A stretch of DNA of 58,239 bases, the filler included, from Jimgerdemannia flammicorona (lineage: Eukaryota), in the NCBI GenBank assembly GCA_003990765.1. It is 3 parts of 3 records of this genome, joined end to end, with 100 filler letters (N's around TTAATTAATTAA, not from the genome) between each part and the next. Parts side by side here need not be neighbours in the genome. Positions count along the whole stretch, not along the records: positions 19,449 to 38,794 come from RBNJ01001961.1; 2 more parts are not named here. One strand, given 5' to 3'. Below, piece by piece: positions 25,703 through 38,894 of this stretch. A model generated the notes under the pieces. The model made no database searches and was not told the DNA's origin. It saw only the letters and a list, made by a program, of their open reading frames with translations. A program made the position numbers and the translations under genes. Within the stretch, counting starts at the first letter, position 1. Every line of letters begins with the position of its first letter.

Positions 25703-26597
25703 TTAGATGGCGGCCAAGTACAGGGAGCCAAGAACCGTTCCAGCCAGGACAGCATAGCCAGAGGCGTAGACTCCTTTGAGAGTGAGAGCATATCCGCTAT
25801 CCCAAACCTAAACATAAACGCGAAAACACAGTACGCGTTAGAAACCTCAGGCATCACGCCAAACTTCTTCACTACCATCAAGGTATAGAAGCATAAAGAA
25901 TTATACCAAGTGCCTAATGCCGCCCAACGAGTGGTACACGAACGGGAATGCCAACGTGGCCTTGGCACCGACCTTGGCGGCGACGGGCAGCGCAGCGACG
26001 GCGGAGACGAGGGAGGCAGAGTCGAGTTGGATGCCAACGAGGGGACCAAGGAGGTAGGCGAAGACGCCAGCGTACAGACCTGAAAAGGATGCGATAACAA
26101 AATCCATTTTGAATTGGGTATTGACCGTACAGAAAGGAGACGCCTTGTCTCGATGCCATCGACGATCCGTGTATATTATTATTCCATCACATGCAATTAG
26201 ATTGAACACCGGGATACGGTTAATCCTATCGATGGAAGGTTCGATTGACAGTACATACCTCCGGCTAAGGTGGAACCAGTAATCCTCACAGCGCCTGACA
26301 TATACCAGGTCAACTGTGGTTGATAGATTTTGAGGTCTGGGGAGACGGGACGGACAGCACGCTGCTTGACCAAGATATCCGAATCATGCTGGTTCCGGGC
26401 TGGGGAGGCAGAGATAGTTCTAATACAAAAGAAGGGGTGAGGTTAAGCAATTCACGTGCGTGTGGGACGGGAATTCAAGTTGAGATGCTGTACCTCACAC
26501 CGGTGGGCAGAGCAGCGAGATTCTTTGCAACAACGGCCTTGGCGATGGGGTTCTGGGCAACTGCCCTCCAGGCGGTGAATGAGCGTGTTGCAAGCAT
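25703..26597 (-). CDS. SDH3: Succinate dehydrogenase cytochrome b560 subunit (SDHC), 4 exons: 26597-26494, 26419-26259, 26079-25907, 25807-25703
   Basis: Mitochondrial presequence MLATRSF...; QRAVRPVSPDLKIYQPQLTWYMSGAVRITG; FVYHSLGGIRHL|VWDSG. GT-AG introns keep the frame. Confidence 0.95.
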
Positions 26598-26734
26598 ATT
26601 GTGGTGGGATCGGAGGAAAGCGTGTCGACCGGGACCTGGTATGGTGCCTGGTTCCTGGGTCAATTGTGACGTCATCGTCCAATTTCCCAATAAAAAAATC
26701 AAGCCACAGATCATCGAATAACTTCCACGTCTCG
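26598..26734. promoter_or_regulatory. 137-bp bidirectional promoter with CRE (TGACGTCA, 26667-26674) and two CCAAT boxes (26679, 26687)
   Basis: Divergent ATGs at 26597 and 26735; motifs read directly. Confidence 0.6.
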
Positions 26735-28376
26735 ATGGCTTTCCTACCACGCCGCCTTCTCACACAGCTTCACGACATTCGCACCACCGCAAAGGCCATC
26801 GTAGATGTTGCCCGACACCAGTTCATAAATTACCCAGTGCCACCGTCCTTCGTGCCCTTTGCAAGGGTTACGCCTCAAAGAGGCTTTACGGGTGAGCAGT
26901 TCGGACCGTTTCCATGATACGACTTGAAATTTCCTTTTATTCTGATTCTGAGGTTTGCTATTATGTGCAGAGAAAGTGAATCAGCCAGGTAGCTTGTCAT
27001 TCCCAACAAAGCCTTGCTCTCGCCTGCGCCTGGGCTCATCTGACTATTGCAGCGTTACCGATCCCAAAAGAACAGCCCAACCCTGTTCCGCTTACTGATG
27101 ACAACTCTGATGAGGTGCGAGCTGTGATGCGTAATGTCCCACAACCTGGTAAAACAGCGCCGTGATCTTCATGTAATCATGGATTATCAAATACGCAACT
27201 CAATTATCTTCCTTTCTCCTGTATCTCAGTCGTTGTCGTCACTACTTGCTCCCCAACTGATCCCACCAACCGGCGCGGTATCACTGTCAGCTCCTTTACT
27301 TCGGTCAGCTTGCATCCACAACCTCTGGTTTCCTTCTGCATCCGCAAACCCTCGCGCGCTTCGACCCTCCTACACGCCTCGTCCCTCTTTGTCGTCCACA
27401 TCCTCTCCTCCCTCCAAGTTGCTCAAGCCATGGCTTTCTCCTCCCCCGCCGACTCCCAATTTGACAACATATCATTCTACGTAGATCCGGCCACGAAGTT
27501 GCCCGTGCTAATGGGCGCCGTAGGCGCGATGCACTGCAGGAGGGAGAGGGTGATCGAGGTTGGCGATCACGAGCTGTGGATCGCAGGGGTGTACAAGGTC
27601 GAGCATGGCGTCGGTGGCGTGATGGGGGTTAAGGAGGAAGCACAGCCATTGTTGTACCACGACCGAAAGTACAGGAGTGTGGGCGATCAGGTGTTCATGC
27701 GCGCTTTCGAGGACCAGACTTTGAACTTTGGGGAGTGGAGTCATCGGGCGCACGTTAGAATGGCGTGGAACTATATGAGAGAACTGGGAAAGGAGAAGGC
27801 CGTACCGTTGATCAAGTAAGCATACATTTCCTTTCCATTGTATTCTTAAATATTTCTACATCTATATCGTGTCTTATCCTCTGCCTGTTCTTCCCTATAT
27901 ACAATAAGGCACGGTATCCAGAAATACAACGCCGCCAATTCTCAAAAGATCCGCACGGATTTCAACGAAACCATCACGAGCTTCTACATTGAGATGATTG
28001 ATAAAGCCATACGTGCGGACCAGGATCACAGGATAGAACACCAATCCCCTGCGCAAGACGGCGACGATTTTTTTGCCTTTCTGCAGCGGTTCCCGTCGCT
28101 CGCGGATAGGAAGCTAATTTATCGGTACTACTCGAAAGAAACCATAAAGAGCGAGAAAGCGAAGATGGAGTGAGTATTATTGTTGATCCGGTTTTTTTCT
28201 GCAGCTTCACGTTTCTGCATAATGGTCGTGGGACTCATTTTGTTTATCAACCAAGGTTTGTCGAACCCGACCTGCAGTCCCTTCCGGATTACGTGGAGCC
28301 CGTTGTACAGCATGCTGTGGGGGATGGTGGCCGGGAAGGAATTGAAATGACGGGAGGAGTTAATAAGGAGCGGTGA
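26735..28376 (+). CDS. Flavin reductase-like (FMN-binding split barrel) protein fused to a C-terminal uncharacterised WxHxxHxR domain; multi-exon, probably mitochondrial
   Basis: VRAVMRNVPQP|VVVVTT...GITVSSFTSVSL.P.PLVSFCI, GDHELWIA, PLLYHDRKY; then FMRAFED..L.FGEWSHRAHVRMAW...FNETIT.F...LIYRYYS.E...FVEPDL. The 5' exons are less certain. Confidence 0.85.
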
Positions 28377-29001
28377 TGAAGTATACTGTAGATGGTTTTA
28401 TGCCCATTAAGATTTTTATGTAATTATGTGTTTCAGCTTTGCATAAATGCGAAACTTGCTACTCTGGCTGAGCCTTGAGCGAAATACCAGCAGCATTCGT
28501 GTGAAGGTACGAGCCGAAGTCGTTTTGTCGACGAGGCCACCTAAAACCAAACCAATGTCATTCACAAGCCTTCTCGAAAGCGCTGAATTGATCCCAAATT
28601 GCGGTCCTCTATCACGAGACAAGAATTTGTTAATAGCACTGGACTGGCAGTTTGTCTAATGTGATTGGCATCGAGGGTAAAGCATCCCCGAAAAGAGTGA
28701 TGTGTACTTTTACAGAAATTTGTTGCGAGCATTTTACGGGGGTTTATGCAATGAGCCAAGATTTCGGAAGGTTTCTTTAAAATGGGATTTCTTGTAGATC
28801 TTCCGGAAGGGCTCAATTCATGGATTTGGAGCATGATAGCATGTCCAAGTGGGGAGGCCTGTGACCATGGACGATCGCGATAGGCTCGAGATTCGCCCGA
28901 AATGGGGCTGTCATGTGATCCCGCCGAACTCTAATCACGTCGAATTGAGGACACATTTGTTCCTTCCACTCCCTCCCCTACTACATTTCACGTCCGGCAT
29001 C

Positions 29002-32000
29002 ATGAGCGGCGACACTCCTGCACCAAGGCATTCGCAAAGAATAATCTCAGTTCCATCTTTGCCTGTGAGTGTGCTGGAGTTCACAGGCTATACGGACATC
29101 ACCCCAGTCACCACCGTCTCAGATGCACCCACCTACCGAGCCTTCAGTACCGCTCGCCAGCAGCCCGTCTTCATCAAGACGTGTCCCACGAAGCTCGAAG
29201 ACGTCGCGAAGCTCCGTCACGAGTGGAAGATCTTACAGGGTCTTCCCGACAACGTACGCGGCGTCCTCAAGCCCCTAGCCCTCGAGACTTCATCTCACGG
29301 CATGGGCCTCGTGTTCCCTGGAGATCGCTTGTTTCGCCCGCTGAACCACGTGTTTCTAACACCTGCCACAACGACGGCCCTGATTCCCAGGCGCCAAATC
29401 GACTTGAACACTTTCCTTGATATAGCTTTACAGGCGGCGACCATATTGATAGACCTTCACGCTGCGAAGGTGATACACAAGAACATCAATTCAAGCAACC
29501 TCGTGCTTGCTCCGAACGATGACGTGTATATACAGGACTTCATGATTGCGAGCTGCTTGGAGAGAGAGGAAACGGCGATGATGGCCAAGACGTATAACGC
29601 CAAGATTTTGGAGGGAACGTTGGCGTACTTGGCGCCTGAAAACACCGGCAGAATGGTATGACCAACTTCAGATGCATTCGGTTTCATTTCGTCATGGTGA
29701 TATAAGTCGCAATTCGCGTAAAGGTTGATGCGCAACTACTGAAACTTTTATCTTCACCTTTCATATACTAGAACCGTTCCATCGACAAACGGTGCGACTA
29801 CTACGCCCTCGGCTGCACTTTTTATGAGCTCCTGACTAAACGTCTCCCTTTCCTGGCAACCGACCCTCTCGAACTCATGTATCAGCATATCGCGCAACCC
29901 GTCGTTCCGCCGCATGAGATCAACCCATCGATCCCACGCGCCATCTCTGATATGATTGTAAAATTGATGGCCAAGACCCCTGAGGAGCGATACCAGGGCG
30001 CTGAAGGGCTGAAGGCCGATCTGGAGGAGATGCTGAGTCGGTGTTGCGGCGCGGTAGGAGAGGAGGAAATAGCAAGGAAATTGGAAGGGTTCAACATAGG
30101 GGACATGGATAAAAGCTCCCAGTTTTTACTACCGCAGAAATTGTTTGGGAGGGAGGCAGAGGTTGGGAAATTGATGGAGGCATTCGAGAGGGTGAGAAGT
30201 ATGGGAAGCACGGAGATGGTGATTGTGAGAGGATATTCGGGAGGCAAGTTTGAATCTTTTGGCATTTGGTCGTTCCACGCGGCTGGCTTTGCTGGCTGCG
30301 AATTTAGCTTTTTGACACTGAAATCCATTGTTCTCATTTAACTCTAACACGATTTATGCAACTGCAGTCGGTAAAACATCCCTGGTCAACGAAGTTCAGC
30401 GCCCCGTCGTATCCTCAAGAGGCTACTTTACCAACTCCAAATTTGACTTATTTCAGCGCGACATCCCATTTGTCTCGCTGATCCAGGCGTTCCGAGAGCT
30501 GATCCGTCAGCTTCTCACGGAGTCGTCGCAATCGCTGGCGCTCTGGAGGAAAAACATCCAGGATGCCGTCGGCGCGGACGGGAGGGTTATCGCGGACGTG
30601 ATTCCGGACGTGGAGAAGATTATCGGACCGCAGCCGCCCATACCACAGCTTGGACCGAGCGAGACGGAGGGTAGATTTACCAGGGTATTTCAGAGGTTCA
30701 TTCGAGTATTTGGGCAGAAGGATCATCCGTTGGTGTTATTCTTGGGTTGGTATTGTGGATCTCCTTCTCGTTCTCAGGGTTCCATGCCTGGCTGTGTGAA
30801 AACTGAAAACGACCCAACTGCCGTACAAAACCAGTCACGAGATCTTTGTTTCGAATTTACTCGTCTATAAATTTTACTCCCATTCTCATACACCATCGCA
30901 CGTATTTATATCAAATCAAATACGTAGATGATCTACAATGGTCTTCCCAGACCGAGCTCCAGATGATCAAAAAGATCCTATACAATCCTGATTCACAATG
31001 CCTTCTCGTCATCGGCGCCTACCGTTCGAACGAGGTCCAATCGGGTCATTTGCTTTCTTTAATTCTGAATGACATTATTGCCGACAAGAAGGCAAAACTG
31101 CATATCATCGATCTAGAACCGCTCAAAGAGGTTAGCGTGAGGCAGATCGTTTGCGCGACGTTGCATTGCGATGACACGCTCTCACCGGAGACCGCGGTGG
31201 ATATAATGGATGAAGATGTCAGAAACGAAGAGAGGAGTGTGGTAAAATTGAGTCGGTTGATTTTCGATAAGACAGATGGGAACCCGTTCTTCCTGTTACA
31301 GGTGAGCGTAAAAAATTACGGGATAGATTTCACCGGGCTGTAGGGGGACATTGGTTAGGTCACACGATTCTCATTTTGCACCTGTTCTGTTGTAATAGTT
31401 GCTCAAGTCGCTATACCAAGAACAGCTCCTCATCTTCAGCTTCGTTACGAGATCGTGGGAATGGGATATGAACACCCTGTCTCTGAAAGAGATCTCTCCC
31501 AATGTCGTCGATCTCCTAGTCGGTCAATTACAAAAACTGTCACCTCGTGCACAGAACATCATCTGTCTTGCGTCTTGCATCGGCAACCGGTTCACGTCAG
31601 ACATATTATCGATTGTCAACGATAAAGATCTGGTCAACACGATGAGTGAGCTTTGGGACGCGCTATCACAACAATTTATCGTTCCGCTGGATAGCAAATA
31701 CAAGATGCCATTAGCCTACGCGGAAGATCCCGACGACGTGCTGCAGAGGGACGTCTGGAATGCACTCGTGGCAGCAACGGCGGGCTCGACAGCCCCTCAG
31801 AATGGATTATCTCCAATGGTGTCGGAACCGCAGCGCACAGATTCACCCTTCGACCAGAAAACACTCGCGCGACATATCCTATTCTTTTTCGATCCGGAGA
31901 CGAATACGCACCGAATCTCGCAGGAGCCCGTCATAATCACTTTTCGGTTTCTTCACGATCGCGTTCAGCAGGCTGCATACACCTTGATTCCGGAAGAGCG

Positions 32001-35000
32001 GCGGCAGGCGACGCATTTGCGGATCGGACAGTTGCTGTTGAAGTTTGCTGATGAGGAAGCTGCGAAAGTTCGTGAAGAGGGCAACGCATTCGAGCATTGC
32101 GGTGGGCTAGATGCAACTTCTGACATGCCCTCTCAACAGGAGGGTTCGTTTCTTGAAAAGAACATCTTCGACATTGTCAATCAGCTGAACGCTGGTCTAG
32201 ACTTATTGATTAGCTCTCACTCGGCGGAGGACAAGAACCGGCTCGCGAGACTGAACCTCGCCGCTGGCAGAAAGGCCAAAGATTCGACGGCTTTCGAGGC
32301 GGCCATGAAATATCTTCGAACGGGATTGAGGTTATTGGACGATCAATGTTGGGAGAAGCAATACGATCTGACGATCACTCTATACATCGAATTGGCTGAC
32401 GCAGAATATGCAGCCTGCTTGTTTAAAGACGCACGTGCACATTTCCAATTCGCGTTGGACAAAAGTAAGAGCTTGGTGGACCAAGGGAAGATATATAACC
32501 GGCTGCTGAAATGTTACACGGGGGAGGGTACGCCAGATCAGGCTGTTGTATGCGGGCTTGAGGGTCTACGACACCTTGGGCATGCGATACCAGAGGAGGC
32601 GGCCGAGATTGATAGGTACTGCGCGGAGGAGAGCAGGCAGCTTGTCTGCATAGAGAACTCGAATATTATGGAACTTGCGCAACGGCCGCCTATGAATGAT
32701 TTAATCGAGCGCGAGGTGATTCGTATCCTTGTTAATCTCATCCCACCCGTGTACTTTGCGCGCCCGGAGCTTCTTCCTCCGATTGTCGTCTCCGCCGCCG
32801 CTATGTCGGTCCGCTCTGGTGATTCTCCAGAGGGTTCCTACGCGTACTGTCTCTACGGCCTTCTCTTGTCAGGGCAGGCTGGCGATGCCAAGAACCGGCA
32901 TCGTACTGTCAAGGATATTGAAACGAGTTACGAATGGGGCAAACTTGCGATTCAAATTGCAAATTCGTTGGAACGGAGCGCAATAAAATGTCCTGTTTTC
33001 AAAGTATACGCGAGTCATATTCAATGTTGGAATGAGCCTTTGAGGTATAATTCTTTTTTATGTTTATTTGGTTACCACCGGATTCTGTAACTATAGGATA
33101 TCGATTTGACAGTTTTCTTTCATCCGCCTCCTTTTCGTCCTTCCGATCAGGAACACATTCAGCACCTTCGAAGTAGCGATACAAGAAGGCGTTTCTACCC
33201 ATAATGGAGAATACACTGGTTATGGGTGGTAAGTTTACTATTGGTTCTTTATTCTAAATCAGTTGGCAGCACAAAACAGCTACGAAACAATTCCTCCCCC
33301 CCTCCCCCTTTTTTTATATCACAATCTAGCACCGAATTGTGCATGTATTTATTTTTCTCTGGTGAATCCCTTGAGACAATATCTCAAAGATACGTCGCAT
33401 ACTTCGACATCGTGACGAAATTCAAACAAGATATTGGCAACTTTTACATCAAGATTGGTTACCAAGTTGTCCTCAATCTCTTGGGCAAATCCTCGAAGAA
33501 CACCATTACCATAACAGGAGATGTCTTCGACGAGGACAAGGATTATTCGATTATAGTCGAGCGCAACTATTTGCTCCACATCATGTGCTTCTTCATGTAT
33601 AAGCTAATTCTCTTCGTCATGTTTCGAAACAAAGAGGAGGCGATTAAGTATTCGAAAAAGGCTGCAGATATGGCCCATGGCGGTCTGGGAACCCTCTTTG
33701 TTGCCGAAATCTGGTTCTGGCGATCCTTGGCGTTGATAGAGAACTTCGACACCCTCACTGACGACGAGCGGAACGAGATTCAACAGCGAATCGAACAAAT
33801 CCGAAATTGGTCGGTGCTTACCCCCAGCTGTTTCCAGCACAAGTTGGATCTACTGTGCGCCATGCATGCCAGGATTGTTCAGAAAGACTTCTTAACGGCG
33901 CTAGACCTATTCGATAAGTCGATTGCAGGTGCGAAGGAGCACGGATACGTTCAAGAAGCGGCGCTCGCGAACGAATTGGCGGCTGAGTTTTGTCTGGAGA
34001 GAAAGAGGGATCGGCTCGCCGCCGATTATCTGTACGATGCATACTATTGTTATATTCGCTGGGGAGCGGTGGCAAAGCTGGACCATATGATGGAGATCTA
34101 CGCTGGTGTCTTGAAGAAAATGTCTTTCGCCCGTGCGCTTTTGGAGTCAGAGCTCATGCTCATACAAGCACGGCCCACGGTTACGAGTTCTGATGACGCA
34201 GAAAGCGACAATTCGCTTTGTAAGGGTGACGGGGAGAATGCGCCTGGTTCAGCACAATGGTCAGATTTTCGCACCGATCCGCTCCCGACTCAAACGGCAC
34301 CCGTGGAGACTGGTTCACCCCCCAGGAAACCTCTTGTGTCTCGTGGGTATGAATCAAAACTAAACACGGTAACGGAATTGGATCTGGCAACGGTCATGAG
34401 CGCATCGTTGGTTATTTCGGAAGAGATCGTTTTGGAGAATTTGTTGGAGAAGTTGATGAATATTTTGCTCAAGACAGCAGGTACGTCTTTGAGCTGTTTG
34501 TCGTTTATATGTAGAATATGTTCAGTGTTAACTCATCATCCACGTTCATTAATCAGGTGCAGAGAGGGCAGTTCTCATCCTTGAGAAGGACGATCACTTA
34601 TTCATTGAGGCTTCCGCCTCGGGATCCGCCCAATTTCCTGAAATCTTGATCCACCATTCGGAACCAATCGAGAACAACGCGGCTTCGCTTCCCATTGCGA
34701 TTGTGAACTACGTTGCTCGCACCAAAGAATCGATCATCAACGACCTCAGCCTAACACTACCGTTGCTGACAAACGACGCCTACATCCTTACCATCAACCC
34801 TAAATCACTTTTGTGCATTGCCATCATGCACCAAGGCACCCTCACGGGCGTCCTCTACATGGAAAACAGGCACGTGTCAAAGGCCTTCACCCAAGAACGG
34901 ATTGACATTCTCCAGTTACTGTCGTCACAGGCGGCCATTTCAATCAAAAAGGCACAGTTGTATCAAGATTTGAACGCTGTCAACGAACGGTTGAAGAAAT

Positions 35001-37758
35001 CGAACGAGCAGATCGAGGAACAAAACCGCACATTGGAACAGAAAGTTAATGAGCGGACGAAGCAATTGCAAAAGGCTAAGGAGATGGCGGAATTTGCAAC
35101 ACAAATGAAGAGCACCTTTTTGGCCAACATGAGCCATGGTGGGATTAACATCGTTTATTTATCATCATTGGTTATTATCTTCATCAACCATGGGAGACTG
35201 AATGTTCATATTGCATCATGTTTCCTTGGCTAATCAATAATTCGCAAATGCCCTATTTCAGAGATTCGCACGCCGTTTAATTCGGTGCTCAATGTCGGCA
35301 GGCTGTTGCTCGAAACTGATCTGGACCCGACTCAGAGAGACTATGTTGAGACGATAAGGACGAGCAGTGACGAACTATTACATATCATCAATGACATCCT
35401 TGGTAAGCTCTACCTATGCCCTCTGCTCTCTTGGAAGTCGGAAGTGTTTCTGGGTATATTAATAGGAAATTTCATATAATTGTATTCGCCCCCTCAGATT
35501 TTTCGAAAATTGAGGCTGGGAAACTCGACCTGGAATGCCACCGCTTTTCCCTACGAAACTGTATCGAAAGTGCGTTGGATGGTTCTGGACCCAAAGCTTC
35601 CGAAAAAGGGTTAGAATTGGCTTATTGGAACAAGGACGGCGATGACAAGCTGGACTGGATTATGGGAGATTCTTTTCGACTCAAACAGATTATCATCAAC
35701 CGTGAGTAAAATGGTTATTTCCGGTATGACTTCCTCCGAAATTTTTGTGCCAAATTGCGGGCTTGTCTTGATTCATGAAGATTTTTCGTATTCATCCCAT
35801 TAATTTAGTCGTCAGTAATGCTGTCAAGTAAGTTTATGTATTGAGCGCGACCGCGTTGGAATTGCAATTCGCATTGAAATTTTAACTCGATTTGACATTT
35901 CTTTGATTGGTTTTCAATAGATTTACTGCACGAGGACAAGTCACCATCACGGCACAATGTCATCCGTTCGACGGTGTGCACGATGCCGACGTTGATGCCG
36001 TCGTTCGCGATTGGTTTGGGTCAAGAACGCCGACATCGGTGCCTTTCGACTTCGACTCCCCACCCACGCATCTAGCTCATATATTGGTCTCAGACACTGG
36101 AATAGGCATTCCATCGGCCAGATTCGATAAGGTGAATGCTGATATCTGCTTTAATTCGAATCTTGGAAATTGGCTCATTGATACAGGTCGTTGATGAATT
36201 ATCATACTTTAAAATGTTGCAGCTTTTCAAGCTGTTCGGACAGATCGACAGCGCTACTACCAGAAATTATGGTGGTACAGGGCTGGGTCTGAATATATCG
36301 GTACGTTTATGTATTCAAGTCCAACTTTGTGCTAACGTCAAAAGCTGGAACAGGAGTTCACTGAAATATTTCGTTTGTAAAATTGCAGGAAAGACTCTCA
36401 AAGCTTATGGGAGGCATGATGTGGGTTGAAAGTGAAGAAGGCAAAGGTTCTACCTTCCACTTTACTTTCCAGACTTCTCTCGTGGAAGACCCAAGCATCG
36501 CCAACCATGGGCCCGCGAAAGGCGAGAAGTATTGGAAATCGAAAACGTGTCTTATTGTTGACGACAATGCGACAATTCGCAAGATCCTGAGACAAGAATT
36601 CATGGGATGGGGTTTCCTACCGACTCTCTGCTCAAGTGCGAATGAGACATTGGCATTGTTGAATGCAGGAAATCGTTATGACTTGACGATAGTGGACTCT
36701 ATTTTGGACAGCGATCAACACTATGCATGCGACGGAGAACCGGATGGCATTGAGTTGGTGCGACAAATCCGGAAACTGGAAAGTAGGTTACGGCTCGACG
36801 ATACGTCTCCTAATGCTACCGAAGTTGTTGTTTTGACACCAGTCGGTAAGCAAATATCAAGTGAGTTGGATGGTCTCAATATCCGTTCGGTGCATCCCAA
36901 GCCATTGAAACGGGCGCGGTTGTGGAATACACTCTGCGAGGTGTTTCCCAATAGCAATATCCGCCCTCCCGGCAAGCGTACTGGTACCTCTCGCAACACT
37001 TCATCGGATGCCAATACTCCGATTCCCACCGGGCTTGCGCAAAAAACTGGTCCATTGTCAATCCTCATCGCCGAAGATAATACGGTGAACCAGAAAGTTG
37101 CGATGCAGCTATTGAAGAAGATGGGTTATCATACCGCAGATATTGCGAATGACGGACTGGAGGCGATCGATGCTATTGAGAAGAAGAAGTATGATTTGGT
37201 ATTCATGGATGTCAACATGCCGAATATGGACGGGTTAGCGGCTACGAGAGCCATTCACAAGAAGTTCAAAGACCGACCTAGAATTATAGCTATGACCGCT
37301 AATGGTGAGTATGGCTATTTTTTTTTTTTTTTTTTTTCTGATAGAGTGACAGCTTCCTCTTCAAACGCTGACACTTGCGATCTATCTTTCGCATTTCTCA
37401 CCTAAAAGCCATGCGAGGTGACAAAGACATGTGTCTTGAAGCAGGGTGTGACGACTACATCGCTAAACCAATCCTGATCGAAGAGCTTGTGAACGCGCTC
37501 ACCAAAACCGGCATCCTGAAACACGTGGCGAACGGAGGCTTTGCGGACGACGCTAGTGGTTCCTCGTCGTCAGTTTCGTCTTCCTTCCCGTTATCGGCCT
37601 CGCTTCCTAGTTCCGCAGTGGACCCACCCATTTCGGTTGTTGCTGGCACTAAACGGACAGGTGTCGAAGCGAGGGATGAGGACAGTGAGACCGATCATTC
37701 AGGGAGGAGTGAAGGTCGCACAACGCCACCGAGAGCCGTCAAAAGATTGAAAAAATAG
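29002..37758 (+). CDS. Group X hybrid histidine kinase (STK-like, AAA ATPase, helical repeats, GAF, HisKA, HATPase, two receivers); Candida Chk1 / S. pombe Mak2-3 type, many introns
   Basis: [124 protein letters not shown]. Confidence 0.95.
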
Positions 37759-37835
37759 CGTTGTGCTTTGGTTAGCTATAGAATAAGATTTATATTTCGT
37801 TCTAGGGGTTAATCACACTTTGTAAATAATACACC

Positions 37836-37836
<1 letters not shown>

Positions 37837-37896
<60 letters not shown>
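37837..37896. repeat. Poly(T) tract of about 60 nt downstream of the kinase
   Basis: Direct reading; no TSD seen. Confidence 0.8.
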
Positions 37897-37898
<2 letters not shown>

Positions 37899-38608
37899 AT
37901 TTCAGTTTCGTTATTATTATTTATTTATTTCTTTTTATTTCTACGTTTCTTAAATCCCTAGCGTAGTTATTGAAATAAAATGTTATCTCCTGACAATTCA
38001 CCGTTCCCTAGTGACTTTTGAACTCGACTTATAGAGTGACATCTGGGAAAATCATCATGACATGACGAAATTTATCATGTGATGCTTGTTACGCGTCTTT
38101 TTTTTTTTCTAAGTGAAGCGCCATCTCCTTCCCTCCTTTCCTCTACCACTTGTACTAGGTATACTTGTCTACTAACTCTACTGTTGCTTACCTTGCAGAA
38201 AGATGATAGCATGATAAATTATCATTGCATGAGATTCATGTTCCTTTTCTCATCACGTGTTATGTCGAACTTCCTGCCATAACAATTTATTTAGGTGTTC
38301 ATGTGCAGGCAAAGTAAGCTACCCATTACAACAATCTTCTCTAAACTTAATGCAGGAAGTAAAATTCATTTTATTTCTTTCCTTTCATAGGGACCCTTTT
38401 TCAATGGTGAACAATTTACATATGCTATCTTTTCAAGAGGTTACAATTCGCACTTGTACCCTGTCACAGGTAGGCCCTATGTATGGAAGCCCACCACCCA
38501 TCCCCCTACTCTCACAATCAAAGATATAGTGATGACTATTTCTGGCTTAGATAGAGGGTGGGTCTGTGTATACCTGGAGACTCAAAAAGTGTTATGAAAT
38601 ATATCTGT

Positions 38609-38794
38609 TGTCATGTAGTGGTCACTGAGTCCTTCAAATACACCAGATTCTCTTTAAGGTATATCTCTTAGACTAACTCAAGTTATTATAAGCAAGTTCT
38701 TATTGGAGTGCCTTCCCAAGGTCTTATAGTCCTCAAACTTCTTATCTTTAACTGTCTTGTTATCTCTTAGATTGCTTGCAAGGAAGTGTGTATA
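38609..38794 (-). mobile_element. LTR end of an element-A-family copy in inverse orientation, truncated by the gap
   Basis: The reverse complement matches about 2810-2995, with transition differences. Confidence 0.9.
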
Positions 38795-38894
38795 NNNNNN
38801 NNNNNNNNNNNNNNNNNNNNNNNNNNNNNNNNNNNNNNTTAATTAATTAANNNNNNNNNNNNNNNNNNNNNNNNNNNNNNNNNNNNNNNNNNNN
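38795..38894. other. Assembly gap with artificial six-frame-stop linker
   Basis: N44-TTAATTAATTAA-N44. Confidence 0.97.

Noticed and set aside
29002..37758. Recent bacterial horizontal transfer of an STK-AAA-GAF histidine kinase
   Set aside because: It has many spliceosomal introns, and this architecture is the known fungal group X kinase.
37837..37896. LINE tail after the kinase gene
   Set aside because: No adjacent LINE sequence or TSD; the homopolymer length may be unreliable.
38609..38794. Partner 3' LTR of element A
   Set aside because: Opposite orientation and beyond a gap; it is a separate copy of the family.
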